This document shows, piece by piece, positions 13,625 to 26,081 of a stretch of DNA of 64,000 nt. The first letter of the stretch is position 1. Each line of letters begins with the position of its first letter. This DNA is from Octopus vulgaris. Its lineage: Eukaryota. The translations under genes were made by a program, and so were the position numbers. The notes under the pieces are model-generated. The model searched no databases and was not told the DNA's origin. It saw only the letters and a program-made list of their open reading frames with translations. The stretch is taken from positions 22,816,001 to 22,880,000 of the forward strand of contig OX597831.1 of assembly GCA_951406725.2 (NCBI GenBank), in the 5' to 3' direction.

Positions 13625-13959
13625 CCTCCTTCTTTCCTTCTTTCCTGAGCGTCCAATAATACTATATTTGTTCCACGTCCTCGCGTTGTTGTGTTTTTTT
13701 GTGCTTTCTTGTTTGGATTAACTATTTATATATATATACATATATATATATATATTTACTGCCTGCTATACGGAACTAATGTTTCTACAAAGGTTGAAGT
13801 TGTTAAGTACCTGGGCTCAAAATAGTCTCATATTTTGCAATAGGAAAATGCAATGTTTATAATTCACCATGTATTTAATTCATTTATTAATGTTCCCTCA
13901 GAGTATTTTATTAACTACTAAACTAATGGCAACGATCAACGGGATCTTAGCGAACGTAT

Positions 13960-14576
13960 ATTTTTGTTTCTCTAGTTTCAGCTCAGAGCTGTGGCCATGC
14001 TGATGCACCGCCGTTTTGCTACACTGTTATTACTAAGAGCCTCCTCTAATATGTGACACTTGGTGAAGCATGGAGTTTGATATAGCTACCCTCATTTGCA
14101 CCTCTTGCCGTGAGGTAGGTTCATCTGGGGCTCTCGACAGGAAGAGGTCCACCTTTGATTTAAAACCCCCCACATCTACTTTGTTCAAGTTCCTCAGACT
14201 CTTTGGGAGAATATTAAAAAGCCGTGGGCCCTTGAAACCCAGGCTGTTGCAGTAGCTGGTCCTGAAGCGGGATGGCATTGCTGGGATCTTTGGCACTATG
14301 CAGTGTCGTCCCGTTCTAGCATTGGTGTAGCTTACAATGCCAAAATTTGGCACAATTGCTTCCAGGATCTTCCAGACGTATATTACTGCATACCTCTCGC
14401 GTTTTCTCTCCAAGGAGTAGATTCTTAGCTGTTTCAACCTTTCCCAGTAGCAGAGCTGTTGCAGAGCGACGATCTTATTTGGGAGAATATTAAAAAGCTG
14501 TGGGCCCTTGAAACCCAGGCTATTGCAGTAACTGGTCCTGAAGCGTGATGGCATTACTGGGACCTTTGGCACTATG
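13960..14576 (-). mobile_element. CR1-like LINE 3' fragment (ORF2 C-terminus and 3' UTR)
   Basis: ORF 14033-14671 includes YWERLKQLRIYSLERKRERYAVIYVWKILE...LFNILPKSLRN...FKSKVDLFL, typical of CR1-group ORF2 C-termini; 3' tail GGCGGTGCATCAGCATGGCCACAGCTCTGAGCTGAAAC. Confidence 0.85.
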
Positions 14577-14760
14577 TATAAGTAAATAAGTAAATAAATA
14601 AATAAATCAATATTGTAAATTGAATAAAAATAAGAGCAGAACAAAGAAGGAACAAAGTGGTTCTTAACCATTTTTTGCCTATGGACCTCCTTTGATTTCT
14701 ATTTTACTCGGGTGGACTCTCACACCCATTCTGTGTTTTGAAAGACCCATAATATATACA

Positions 14761-14997
14761 AGCGCAGACGTGGCTGTGTGGTAAGTAGCTTGCTTAGAGA
14801 AGCAGAGGGTCGGCGGGCGCTTTCTGTCTTCTCTCAGCTTTATCATTTTTGGATCATAAATCATTCGCCTCATCAATGTCTATGTCCAGCCCGCAAAGCT
14901 ACCTTATCACTGTGCTGCCTATATGGCATATTTAATGAATAAAAGTAGCTTGCTTACCAACCACATGGTTCTGGGTTGAGTTCCACTGCGTGGCACC
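14761..14997 (+). mobile_element. SINE A head split by a 146 bp insertion with a 14 bp TSD
   Basis: AAGTAGCTTGCTTA occurs at 14783-14796 and 14943-14956, flanking unrelated sequence ending in AATAAA. Confidence 0.8.
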
Positions 14998-15060
14998 AGT
15001 TCTCACCTCCTCACTTTAACAGCACCAAACTAACGATTACGCACACATAGATATGTGGAA

Positions 15061-15548
15061 CCGCATGGCTCAGTGGTTAGAGCGTCCGGCTCACAATCAT
15101 GAGGTAGTGAGCTCGATTCCCGGACAAGGCTGTGCGTTGTGTTCTTGAGCAAGACACTTTATTTCACGTTGTTTCAGTTCACTCAGCTGTAGAATAGTGA
15201 TGGCGCATGGCTCAGTGGTTAGAGCGTCAGGGTCGCAATCATGAGGTAGTGAGCTCGATTCCTGGACCGGGCTATGTATAGTGTTCTTGAACAAGACATC
15301 TTATTTTCACGTTGCTTCAGTTCACTCACCTGTAAAAATGAGTGACGATTTCACTGGTGCCAAGTTGTATCAGCCTTTCCCATTCCCTTAGATAACATCG
15401 GTGGCATGGAGGGGGCAGGTTAGTATGCATGGGTGACTGCTGGTCTTCCATAAACAACCTTGCCCAGACTTGTGCCTTGGAGAGGAACTTTCTAGCTGCA
15501 ATCCCATGGTCATTCATGACCGAAGTGGAGTAGTCTTTACTCCTTTTA
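15061..15548 (+). mobile_element. SINE family D with tandemly duplicated tRNA-like head
   Basis: GCATGGCTCAGTGGTTAGAGCGTC heads at ~15063 and ~15205, CTTGAGCAAGACAC core, 3' CCCATGGTCATTCATGACCGAAG tail. Confidence 0.88.
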
Positions 15549-15894
15549 CACTCACAGATCAACACTACTTACACAATACGTTCATACAACACAAACCCCT
15601 AACACCTGCTTCCAGACACAGCTCACTCTTATACTTGCATTTACACGCTCAACTATTCCTCCCTTCTTAACTATCTCCTCACCATAAAACAGCTGGTTTT
15701 AATTGGTTTCTAACACTTGACATGTTGTTTTTCAAACTATCTCTCTTTCTCACTCACAATACGCTTCTCTCTTTTCTTCTGATAAAAGACTTTTGTCCGA
15801 AACGTCATTATACATTCTCGGGATTCTGCTTGAGAACTAACTCTACGTTGAATTATCACTCGGATCTCATTCGATATACTTCTTTTTACTATAT

Positions 15895-15939
<45 letters not shown>

Positions 15940-15970
15940 TATATACATATATATACATACATATATATAC

Positions 15971-16018
<48 letters not shown>

Positions 16019-16022
<4 letters not shown>

Positions 16023-16342
16023 TGACATATATTTGCCATTTCAATATGGCTAACCCCTAAGGGTGGATACTACTGTAGTTTTTAGCTCCAGGAGGACACA
16101 CTCTAATTCTCGCCGACAACTGTGATTGTCACACGCTGACGAGAGGTCAATACCTCGAAACTCGAGTCCGTGTGTATCATAAGTTGAAGACGGGAAGGAT
16201 GACTTCCCTTTGCAAATACTGACAGGACACAGAAAGTTTGTCTATGGCCAGCTGGAGGAGTGTGTCCTCCTGGGGCTAAAAACTACAGTAGCATCCACCC
16301 TTAGGGGTTAGCCATATTGAAATGGCAAATATACGTCACGAT
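16019..16342. repeat. ~85-bp-arm inverted repeat next to (TA)n, enclosing a hammerhead ribozyme
   Basis: Arms ~16019-16103 and ~16258-16342 with 3 mismatches counted by eye. Confidence 0.9.
16130..16174 (+). ncRNA. Canonical minimal type I hammerhead ribozyme
   Basis: CACACG-CTGACGA-GAGG tcaata CCTC-GAAA-CTCGAG-TC-CGTGTG: all core nucleotides intact, GUC triplet, predicted cleavage after 16168, palindromic stem III. Confidence 0.9.
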
Positions 16343-16401
16343 GTGTTACCGCTACTGTAGATAACTCACTTTGATATTTATCATTATATATATATATATA
16401 T

Positions 16402-16467
<66 letters not shown>

Positions 16468-16859
16468 CATTAAAAGAATAACAGAAAAACAAAGTATTAA
16501 TATTTCGAAGCTTTATTTGTAATGATCGTTTCAATAATTTTATGTCCTCATAAAATCATTTTATCAGCCTAAGTTAATCGAAATATAATAAAGTTAATGA
16601 CAATCATAATACGAAACGCCTGGCGTTGACTCAGAGTTTTAAATGAAAGTAATATTGTTTCACACTCATTAAATGGCCACGTTGTGAATCTAAATCAAAC
16701 ACAACAAATCTTGCTTTCAATGCCGTTCGGCAAAGGGAAAATTGCTACTTTTATTTTTATTTCATTTTATTCAGAAGGAAAAATACTACAATTATTTAGA
16801 AGTAATATATCAGAAGTGACAATTCATTCTAGAAAAGCGATGAGTTGTGTGTGTGTGGG

Positions 16860-16952
<93 letters not shown>

Positions 16953-17300
16953 AGGCGTAGCTATGTGGTAAGACGCTTGCTTCCCAACTGCATGGATCCA
17001 GGTTCAGTCCCTCTGTGTGGCACCTTGCGTGTCTTCAAAGCCTTGTGAATGTATTTGGTAGACAGAAACTGAAAGAAGCCCATCATATATATGTATATGT
17101 GTGTGTGTGTGGATGTGATTTTGTCCCCACCGCTTGGCAATTGGTAGTTGTGTGTTTACGTTCCTGCAACTTGGCGGTTCGGCGAAAAGAACCGATAGAG
17201 TAAGTATCAGTACATGAAACAAAAAAATAAGTGCTTCAAGGTCGTGCTCCATCATGGCTGCAGTCTAATGACTGAAACAAATGTAAAAGGTAAAAAATAC
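16953..17300 (+). mobile_element. SINE family A, diverged
   Basis: Head, body and tail recognisable with substitutions and a deletion. Confidence 0.85.
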
Positions 17301-17335
17301 ATAAAGATTGTCCGTCTCACACTAAATCATAAAGA

Positions 17336-17575
17336 GAGCAAGACACTTTATTTCACGTTGCTCCAGTCCACTCAGCTGGCAAAAATGAGTTGTACTTGTA
17401 TTTCAAAGGGTCAGCCTTGTCACTCTCTGTGTCACGCTGATTATCCCCGAGAACTACGTTAAGGGTACACGTGTCTGTGGAATGCTCAGCCATTTGCACG
17501 TTAATTTCACGAGCAAGCTGTTCCGTTGATCGTATCAGCTGGGACCCTCGTCGTCGTAACCGGCGGAGTCTTTTT
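17336..17575 (+). mobile_element. SINE with family D core and family C 3' half
   Basis: GAGCAAGACACTTTATTTCACGTTGCTCCAG (D) runs into TGTATTTCAAAGGG...CTCGTCGTCGTAACC (C). Confidence 0.85.
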
Positions 17576-17843
17576 AAATTTGTCGATGAGACATGATGTT
17601 GTAGCTAGGACACTATATAATGAAATCCGTCGGATTGTAAGGGTAAGATCCAAGGATGAAGGTGTAGGAAGTTAGTGAACTCGAAGCAGTCCATAGAAGA
17701 TGTAAAACACAGCTTCCAGAAACAATAGTGGTTTATTATCGGAGAAAGTTGTGAATTTTTCCTGTATCGAAGTAGGATAAGCTGAAAAAAAGGTTACTTT
17801 ATGGCACACGGTTAGCAAATGGGTTTGCTGTATATGCAAATTA

Positions 17844-18133
17844 ATATTCCAGATTAGGGAATGGGGTAGATAAAATCCAGGCTACGTATGTTTCATAACC
17901 AGCAGAACCTTAGAAGTAGTAATTATCCAAAACGAAGACTAGACCGCAAGCTACTCTTCAAGCCAAGGATACCAAACGACAACGTAAACTTCATGTAATC
18001 AGGGTATCGTTGGCCTGAAAAGCAGCTTGTGGTCTACTCCACGCTTGGATAGTTAGTACTTCCGAAGTGCCGCTAGCTATGAAACATATGTATCCTGAAT
18101 TTTATCTAGTTCATTCCCTAATTTTGGACATAT
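17844..18133. repeat. Diverged ~130-bp-arm inverted repeat with decayed HHR-like motif
   Basis: Arms 17844-17973 and 18003-18133 are clearly complementary with many mismatches. Confidence 0.8.
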
Positions 18134-18137
18134 ATAC

Positions 18138-18361
18138 AAAATATTCTATAATTATATACATAATTATAATAAGGGGTCAGGTAAATGCCTCGCCACGTAC
18201 TGAATTAGAGATAGACTCTAATGTCTTTTCCACTATAAAATCTCCGTGACTATACTTTTATGGTTGTAGAAAATACATTAGCGTCTATTTCTAATTCAGT
18301 ACGTGGCGAGGCATTTAGCTGACCCCTAATTATAATTAAGTATATAATCATAGAATATTTT
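18138..18361. repeat. Imperfect ~95-bp-arm inverted repeat
   Basis: AAATGCCTCGCCACGTACTGAATTAGA pairs with TCTAATTCAGTACGTGGCGAGGCATTT; arms extend to AAAATATTCTAT / ATAGAATATTTT. Confidence 0.88.
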
Positions 18362-18418
18362 ACCTCAAAGGTTTCTTTACGTACTGACTATTTGATAAAA
18401 TTATTTCTAATTTTACCC

Positions 18419-18495
<77 letters not shown>

Positions 18496-19518
18496 TAATG
18501 TACAATGAATAGATTTATATAATCCGGTGGTAATCACAAAATGGCTCCTTTAGTGGACCTGGCTGCATACACGCGTATTAAACCAATACGTATGTGTGTA
18601 ATGTAGAGTCTCCTGCATTTAAAATCCAGGAAATGCAATCATTGAAAATGGTTTCATGAGGAGTATATGGAATATAAAGAAAGTCTTGAAGTGTGAGATG
18701 AATATATATATATTTCACCTATCGATATCTGCCTCAAAGGTTTCTTTACGTACTGACTATTTGATAAAATTATTTTTAAATTTTACCCTATATTATTATG
18801 ACTGCCGTTTCGCGAAACGGCCGTTACTGAAATTCGTTATATTACATAATATGTGTGTGTGTGTATATATATACACATACACACACATGTATACATATAT
18901 AATCATATACATGTATATTTATATTCATTTATTCATACATACATAAAAATACATATGTGTGTATGTGACCCTGAATATGTATTTGGTTTAAACAAGTTAT
19001 TTCACTCACTTTCCTTTATTTATATGTAATGTACCTCTTCTGCCATATGATACATAACAATTACTACGCAGTCATTTACGAAGAACTTTTTCCAATTTTG
19101 CCAAGCTTCTGTCTTTATGATATTTGTCATGAGGAATCAGACAGTAGTCATGTTGCAAGAAACCCTAAGAATGACATCTTGTGAGAGTCTAGCAAATATT
19201 CTATCTTCGTACAAATGTCATTTCTTTTATTATTCTGCAGCTCGTAAATTTGATTCCGAACTCAAAAGTAGCCTACAGCACCCCACCTCACGTTCTTTAA
19301 AAAATTTAAAACCAAAGCAAAATGTAATAAACGTATAAGAATTCTTATGATTACATTAGAATAGGAAACCATATATATATATGTGTGTTAAAAGGTCATA
19401 TTTGTAGTTGCACTATGGCCGAGTGGTTAGGCAGTTTGTTAGTGGTTCCAAGGCCTATCCCCTTGAAGTCCATCATGGTTAAATTCTATTTTCCCTATTT
19501 TTGGCTTAAATAAAATTG

Positions 19519-19624
19519 GGTATTGATGCTATTTACCCGATCCCGGGTAAATAGCATTAATACCTGTAATCGGATAAATAGCATTAATACCTGTAATCGG
19601 GTAAATAGCGTTAATATCTGTAAT
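19519..19624. repeat. 21 bp palindrome followed by a 3 x 27 bp tandem repeat
   Basis: Unit CGGGTAAATAGCATTAATACCTGTAAT at 19544, 19571 and 19598; inverted partial copy at 19519-19539. Confidence 0.9.
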
Positions 19625-19717
19625 CTAAAAGGTACGCGAGAATGACGGACATTGTAGTGATGTAGGTTTGTCCTGACACGTTTGAAAGCGTTGTTGATAT
19701 CAATAGCAACAGTAGAG

Positions 19718-20055
19718 TAAAAGGGTAAAGACTCCCCCTTCGGTCATGAAAAACCATGGGATTGCACCTAGAGTATTCCCCTCGCAGGCACAAGTCTGAG
19801 CAATGATGTTTTATGGAAGAACAGCAGTTGACCATGCATACCAGCCTCCCCTCTCCGTGCTACCGATGTTATTATCTAAGAGAAAGGCAAAGGCCAATAT
19901 AGCTTGAAACCAGTGACGTCGCAACACATCTCTACAGCTGAGTGAACTGGAGCAACGTGAAATAAAGTGTCTTGCTCAGGAACACAACATACACAGCCTG
20001 GTCCTGGAATAGAACTGACTCCCTCATAATTGCGAGCCCGACGCTCTAACCACTG
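19718..20055 (-). mobile_element. SINE family D
   Basis: Reverse complement of 15202-15548. Confidence 0.88.
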
Positions 20056-20728
20056 GCAATAATACAACTCTGTCTTCACAAAATTTCCCAAGGTTGATGA
20101 CCCAGTAGTGAGTAACATACGAAAGTATGTCTCCAGTAGATGTGGTTCCTTCAAAGCTGTAGTGAGGGCCATTAAAGAAAAGGGGCATTCGTTGCTGTTA
20201 ATAGCTGTTTCCATCATATTTGAGGTGTGAAACAGGGCAATACTGGGCAAGTCTAGAGAGGGTAGTGTTCTTAGGAGCAGAATACATTACAGATTGTTAC
20301 CAGAGTTCGAGATTTTTACCGAAAGAAAGATGAAGGGAAAGATAGAGAGAGAAATGAAGGTTGAGAGAAACTGAATATGTATAATGCACATACAGGCATG
20401 GCTGTGTAGGAAAAAATTTGCATCCCAACCACATGGTTGCAGGTTCAGCCCCACTGTGTGTCACTTTGAGAAAGTGTCTCCTACTATAGCTTCAGGCAAA
20501 ACAGACCAAATGCTGCTAAAGCAGTTCGGCAAAACACTCAAATTGAGTCAGTACCAGGCTTAAAAAGGAAACAAATACTGGGGTCGATTAGCTCGATCTA
20601 AATTCCTCAAGGTGGTGCCCCAGCATAGCCGCAGTCTAATGAGTGAAACAAGTTAAAAGCAAAAACAGAACTAAATAGAGAAGTACTTAATGCAAACACC
20701 TTTGTTTTCGCAATTTCTTAATTTTGCT

Positions 20729-21130
20729 AAGGTGGCGAGCTGGTAAAATCGTTAGCACACCGGGCGAAATGCTTGACGGTTTTTCGTCTGTCTTTGCGTT
20801 CTGAGTTCAAATTTCGCCGAGGTCGACTTTGCCTTTCATCCTTTCGGGGTCGATTAAATAAGTACCAGTTACGCACTGGGGACAATATAATCGACTTAAT
20901 CAATTTGTCTGTCCTTGTTTGTCCTCTCTGTGTTTAGCCCCTTGTGGATAGTAAAGAAATAGGTATTTCATCAGTCTTTACGTTCTGAGTTCAAATTCCG
21001 CCGAGGTCGACTTTGCCTTCCATCTTTTCGGGATCGATTAAATAAGTACCAGTTACGCACACTGGGGTCGATCTAATCGACTGCCCCCACCCCTAAAATT
21101 TCGGGCCTTGTGCCTTGAGTAGAAAAGAAT
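20729..21130 (+). mobile_element. SINE family B dimer (tail T1 then tail T2)
   Basis: Two Deu/Nin cores; junction AAAGAAATA|GGTATTTC. Confidence 0.9.
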
Positions 21131-21557
21131 TTCTAAATTTTACTACCAAAACGTTTCAACGTTTAGTTCTGTATTACCGATCCTCTAGCAACGGGGGATC
21201 GCCCATAGGAAATGGCTTTCAATTTAACACGATCATTTGTTTTTAGTTGTATTCAAAAAAAAAAATTCAATTTAAAACGGATTTCTTTTTTCATTTTAAA
21301 ATTTATAAAAAAAAAAAAAAATCATTCGAAAATTTAAAATATAAAGGAATTCTTTTAAATGTAAGATTTAAAATTGTGTAAAAAAAAATTTATTCAAGTA
21401 AGATATTTAAAAATAATGTAAATTTTTAAATAGAAGGAAAAAACGCGAGAGAGAAAAAAAATCCAACTCCTTTTTCTGACATTTTCTTGTCATTCTCTTC
21501 ACCTTTTGATATTGATTTTTTAGTCTGGGAGAGATCTGGGATGGAACTAAGGAATAA

Positions 21558-21588
<31 letters not shown>

Positions 21589-21704
21589 GTGTGTGTGTGT
21601 GTGTAGGAGAGAGTGTGCGAAGTAAGGTCGTTTACTTGATGTGTTTTTTTTATTTACATATTTCAAAAAAAAAAATTTTGTGTTGTCATATTTCACTTCC
21701 AACT

Positions 21705-22155
21705 GTTGGTGTTGGTGATGCTGCAACTGATGATGATGATGATGATGATGATGTTAGTGGTAGTGGTGGTGGTGATGGTGAAGGTAGTGTTGGTAGTGAT
21801 GATGGTAACGGTGGTGGTGGTGGTGGTGGTACTGATGAAGATAGTGGTGGTAGGGGTGGCGATGACGGCGGAGGCGGTGTCAGCAGTGACAGTGGTAGTT
21901 AGTGGTGGTCATGGCGGTAAGGTGATGATGGCGGTGGTGGTGGTGAGGGTGGTGGTTATAATCATGGCTGTGGTAGTGATAAAGGTTGTGGTAGTGGTGG
22001 CGATGTTAGAAGAGACGATGGTGGGGATGATGAGGATGAGGGTGGCGATGTTGGTGATGACAGTAGGGACCATGGTTGTAGTGGTGGCTGCCTTGGTGAT
22101 GCAGTGGTTGTGGTAGCTATGGTGACGATGATGTTGGTGGTGGTGGTGGTGGTGT
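21705..22155. repeat. (TGG/TGA)n low-complexity tract
   Basis: Degenerate trinucleotide repeat; a similar tract lies at 37855-38185. Confidence 0.9.
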
Positions 22156-22727
22156 GTGTACGTACGTACGTGTCTGTGAGCGTATGCAGGAGGTGAAAGT
22201 GAAAGTGAAAGTAGAGAGGTGGAGGAGGTGTTGTGATATCCATTTCACGTTGACCTTTCCTTGCTGTCGCGATTCGTGATTTGTAATTTTTGATGTGAGG
22301 TTGTTTGAGATACGATGTGATCTGCCACACGTGCACGCACACATCAATAAACACACACACACACATTCACAAGAGCATACACATATGCATATATCTCCTA
22401 TTAATGCATGCGATTATATATATATATATATATATATATACATGCACACAGACACATATATATATATATATATACATGCACACAGACACATATATATATA
22501 TATACATAAATACATGTGTATGTGTGTGTGTGTATATATATATATATGTGTGTATATAAATACATATGTGTGCGCGTGTATACATATATGAATACATGTG
22601 TGTGTACGTTTATATATGTATTCATACATACACGTGCGTAAATAAACACATCTTAACTTATATCGACACATGCATATAAATATATATATATATACATATA
22701 TATATATGTATGTATATATATATATAT

Positions 22728-22790
<63 letters not shown>

Positions 22791-22814
22791 CGTGCGTGTA
22801 TATGCATTCATATG

Positions 22815-22869
<55 letters not shown>

Positions 22870-23506
22870 ACATACACACATATACATAACACAATATGAC
22901 AAACAATACTTCTTAGAGTGACAGAAACAGAGAAAAAGAGAGAGAGGGAGAATGAGAGGGAGAGAGAGAGAGAAAGGTGAGAAGGGGAAAGAGAGAGCAG
23001 TAACGATTTATAGTCAGAAACCTTACATTGTCCATAATCCTGCAATCTTTACGTGTTAACTCGTTACTTAATGGAACACGGGTCAACCAAGCGACCAAAA
23101 TCCTCTGCACTCTTAAGGTTTGCATTAACCCTGTATCATGTGGCTCTGGCAATCCTTTGTTTTGTTTCTGTGTCTTTCCTATTATGACATTCTCTCCCAA
23201 CTGTCTCCATGTTGAGAGGACGCCTGTCCATTCCTAATGCAAGTCATATTAATTTCGCAACATAAACGCACATTTGTACTCACACACATACATACACATA
23301 CACACACACAGATGTTCATGCATGGATACATATACATACATTCATATACATACATATATGAGTGGATGGGTAGATGTATATATATATATGTGTTTGTGAA
23401 TATATATATATGCATATAAATACATCCACATAGGCATACATATGAATGTATTACAGATACAAACATATATATACATACATGTATTATACACACACACATA
23501 TGTGTG

Positions 23507-23572
<66 letters not shown>

Positions 23573-24918
23573 CTCCTACATTTATATGCATACTCATATG
23601 TATACATATGAATATATATGTACTAATATATATAACGATATATTTTCACGTACATATAATCAAATATAGGCACACACACAAACACGTGTTCACACACACA
23701 TACGCACGCACTCACACACACACACACACACACACGCAAGCATACATATGTGTGTGCATTTCTGTGTTTGTATGCAAGTGAGTGTTTATATAAAACACGT
23801 GAATACACACACACACACACACACACACTGTCATTCGTCTAATGCTGAACCGAGTTTTAAGTGACCTGCTTCTTGAGAAAGGTTGCCGAAGCCCTGAGAC
23901 TAAAATAGATTTTCAGAAATGTGATAAAACCTACAACTACATCAAGCCACGTTCATATATATATATATATATATAAATACAGATTTATTGCAACAAATCT
24001 AAGCAGCAATCCATACTGAACAGATATGTGACTCAGGGCCGTCACCAAGCCCCTGCAAGCCCTTCGGTCGCAGAGGGCTTCTGCGGTTGGAGACCCCCAT
24101 GTTAATATCAAAGTATACAGATGAGCCGTCTATTTACTATAAGATGTTGAACAAGAATTAAACTATGTTAACTGAAAATTCCAAGAAATAAAATGGTAAT
24201 ATATTGTGCCTGCAAAAGCTCTTGTAAAAATATTACATTGTACCACGAACGTCCCTATCTAAATAGGCTTTGTATATTCTGGTCCTTATTACTCACATAT
24301 CTGGAAGTTTTACTTATTGAAATTTGTAATAGACCTCAATAAATTTAATTTGTACTTTTAAAGATGCTCTTTAGGATAACATGAAATATTGAACTTCAGA
24401 TAGAATGAAGTAAAATATGGCTATGAATAAAAGGTGCGTAGATTATGAATTTTGATTGAAGTGATGGGACCTCGAAACAAAAAGTCACAGGGGGCCTCTA
24501 AAAGTTACGCGACGTATAAGGGAACAAATGTACAGGTGCTCAAACGTAGTTGTCTGACTTGAGAGAAAGAGCAGCGCAAACTCCTCCAAATCTTGCCATA
24601 CGCGTCTTAGAAATCGAAGGAGTCCTAAATAGATAAAAATAGTCACGATTTGGATATTTTTGATTTGATCATAATCCTGTTAGATTAACGTGTGGTGAAT
24701 AAATATCAATATACATTAAATCATGAGATGTCTATCGGGCAGAATCGTTACAGCTCCAGGCAAATTTGCTTTACAGCATTTTGTTCGTCGTCACATTCTG
24801 AGGTCAACTATATTTCTCAGTCTTTCGAGGTCGATAAAATAAATAGCAGATGAGAACTGGGGACGATGTAATCAAGTAATATGTGAAATTGTTGATCCTG
24901 TATTAAAATTTGAAACCG

Positions 24919-24992
<74 letters not shown>

Positions 24993-26081
24993 TCATAATT
25001 CAAGCATCGAGTACACTAACGTACGGATAAACACACTTAAGCGTGCAAAAAACCCTCGTGAAAAAAACATTAAAATATGTTCAAATATATATATTTAAGA
25101 TAAAAATTTGAAACGCATAAATTTTAGACATAGTTTGTAATTTGTCCTCTACAGCTGTTTCAATGGTATAAAAGGCCATTATTTACATAGTTGTGTAATT
25201 AGAATATATGGTGAATTTAAAAGTAGTAGGTTACTCATATCTCCGGCAGAAAAGAAATAATGCTGAGCAGCAAACCGTTACTGGTTGAAATACAATAGAG
25301 ACAGAGAAAGAAAATAAACTGACGGAGAAAAAATAGTCACAAAACGTACATACATCTTCTACTTCTTTTTCTGATGAAAGATTGACGTTCGAAGCGTTAG
25401 GAAAACCATTCCATTACCTTTCAAACATTTTCCTAGTAACACCTTTGTTAAAATTTAGCCCTTGGTGTCTTTTCTTGTTTTTGTTCATACATACATACAT
25501 ACATACATGTTGATGTTGAAATTCCACTGAAGGAGACTTGGATCTAGGTTAGAAACCGGTTCTTTCTCTATTGGCAAGAAATATTGAAACGAACTGCATG
25601 ACATACACACTTAAACACACACATACACACATACATAATTCTTAAATACACATATACATACACTAAATAGAATATAGAAGTCTGAGTAAACAGAACATTC
25701 ACCAGAACATATTGAAAATATCAAAATTAAAACACTACCAAAGCTAAAGCACAAATGTACCCAAAGTACATCAAAGTACACCAGAAAATACAAAGGGAAA
25801 CACGTGTTGACAGACACATCTACAAACATACACACCAATGCAAAAGCACAATGAAAGACACCAAAGCATACTAGAAGCACGGAAAGATAGTAAATATCCT
25901 CAGATATACCGAAATATTATATACGCCAAAATAGGAAAATATACTTAAAGAGATATATGGAATTATGTGTTTGTGTTTGTGCCTTTGTGTTCATGTGTGT
26001 TTGTGTATGTGCCTTTGAATGTGTTTACACTGGGCTGAAATGATGTTACATTTTAGGTTGTGTCAATGTTTGTATTATTTA

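Noticed and set aside
20055-20280. Possible LINE ORF2 fragment (PFSLMALTTALKE)
   Set aside because: Resemblance too short and degenerate to call without a search.
21561-22366. Gly/Asp-rich, Val-rich and Pro/Ser-rich ORFs
   Set aside because: Translations of a degenerate TGG/TGA trinucleotide tract; the same applies to 37538-38213.
24034-24515. Possible hAT MITE starting CAGGGCCGTC
   Set aside because: Right TIR incomplete and no TSD visible.
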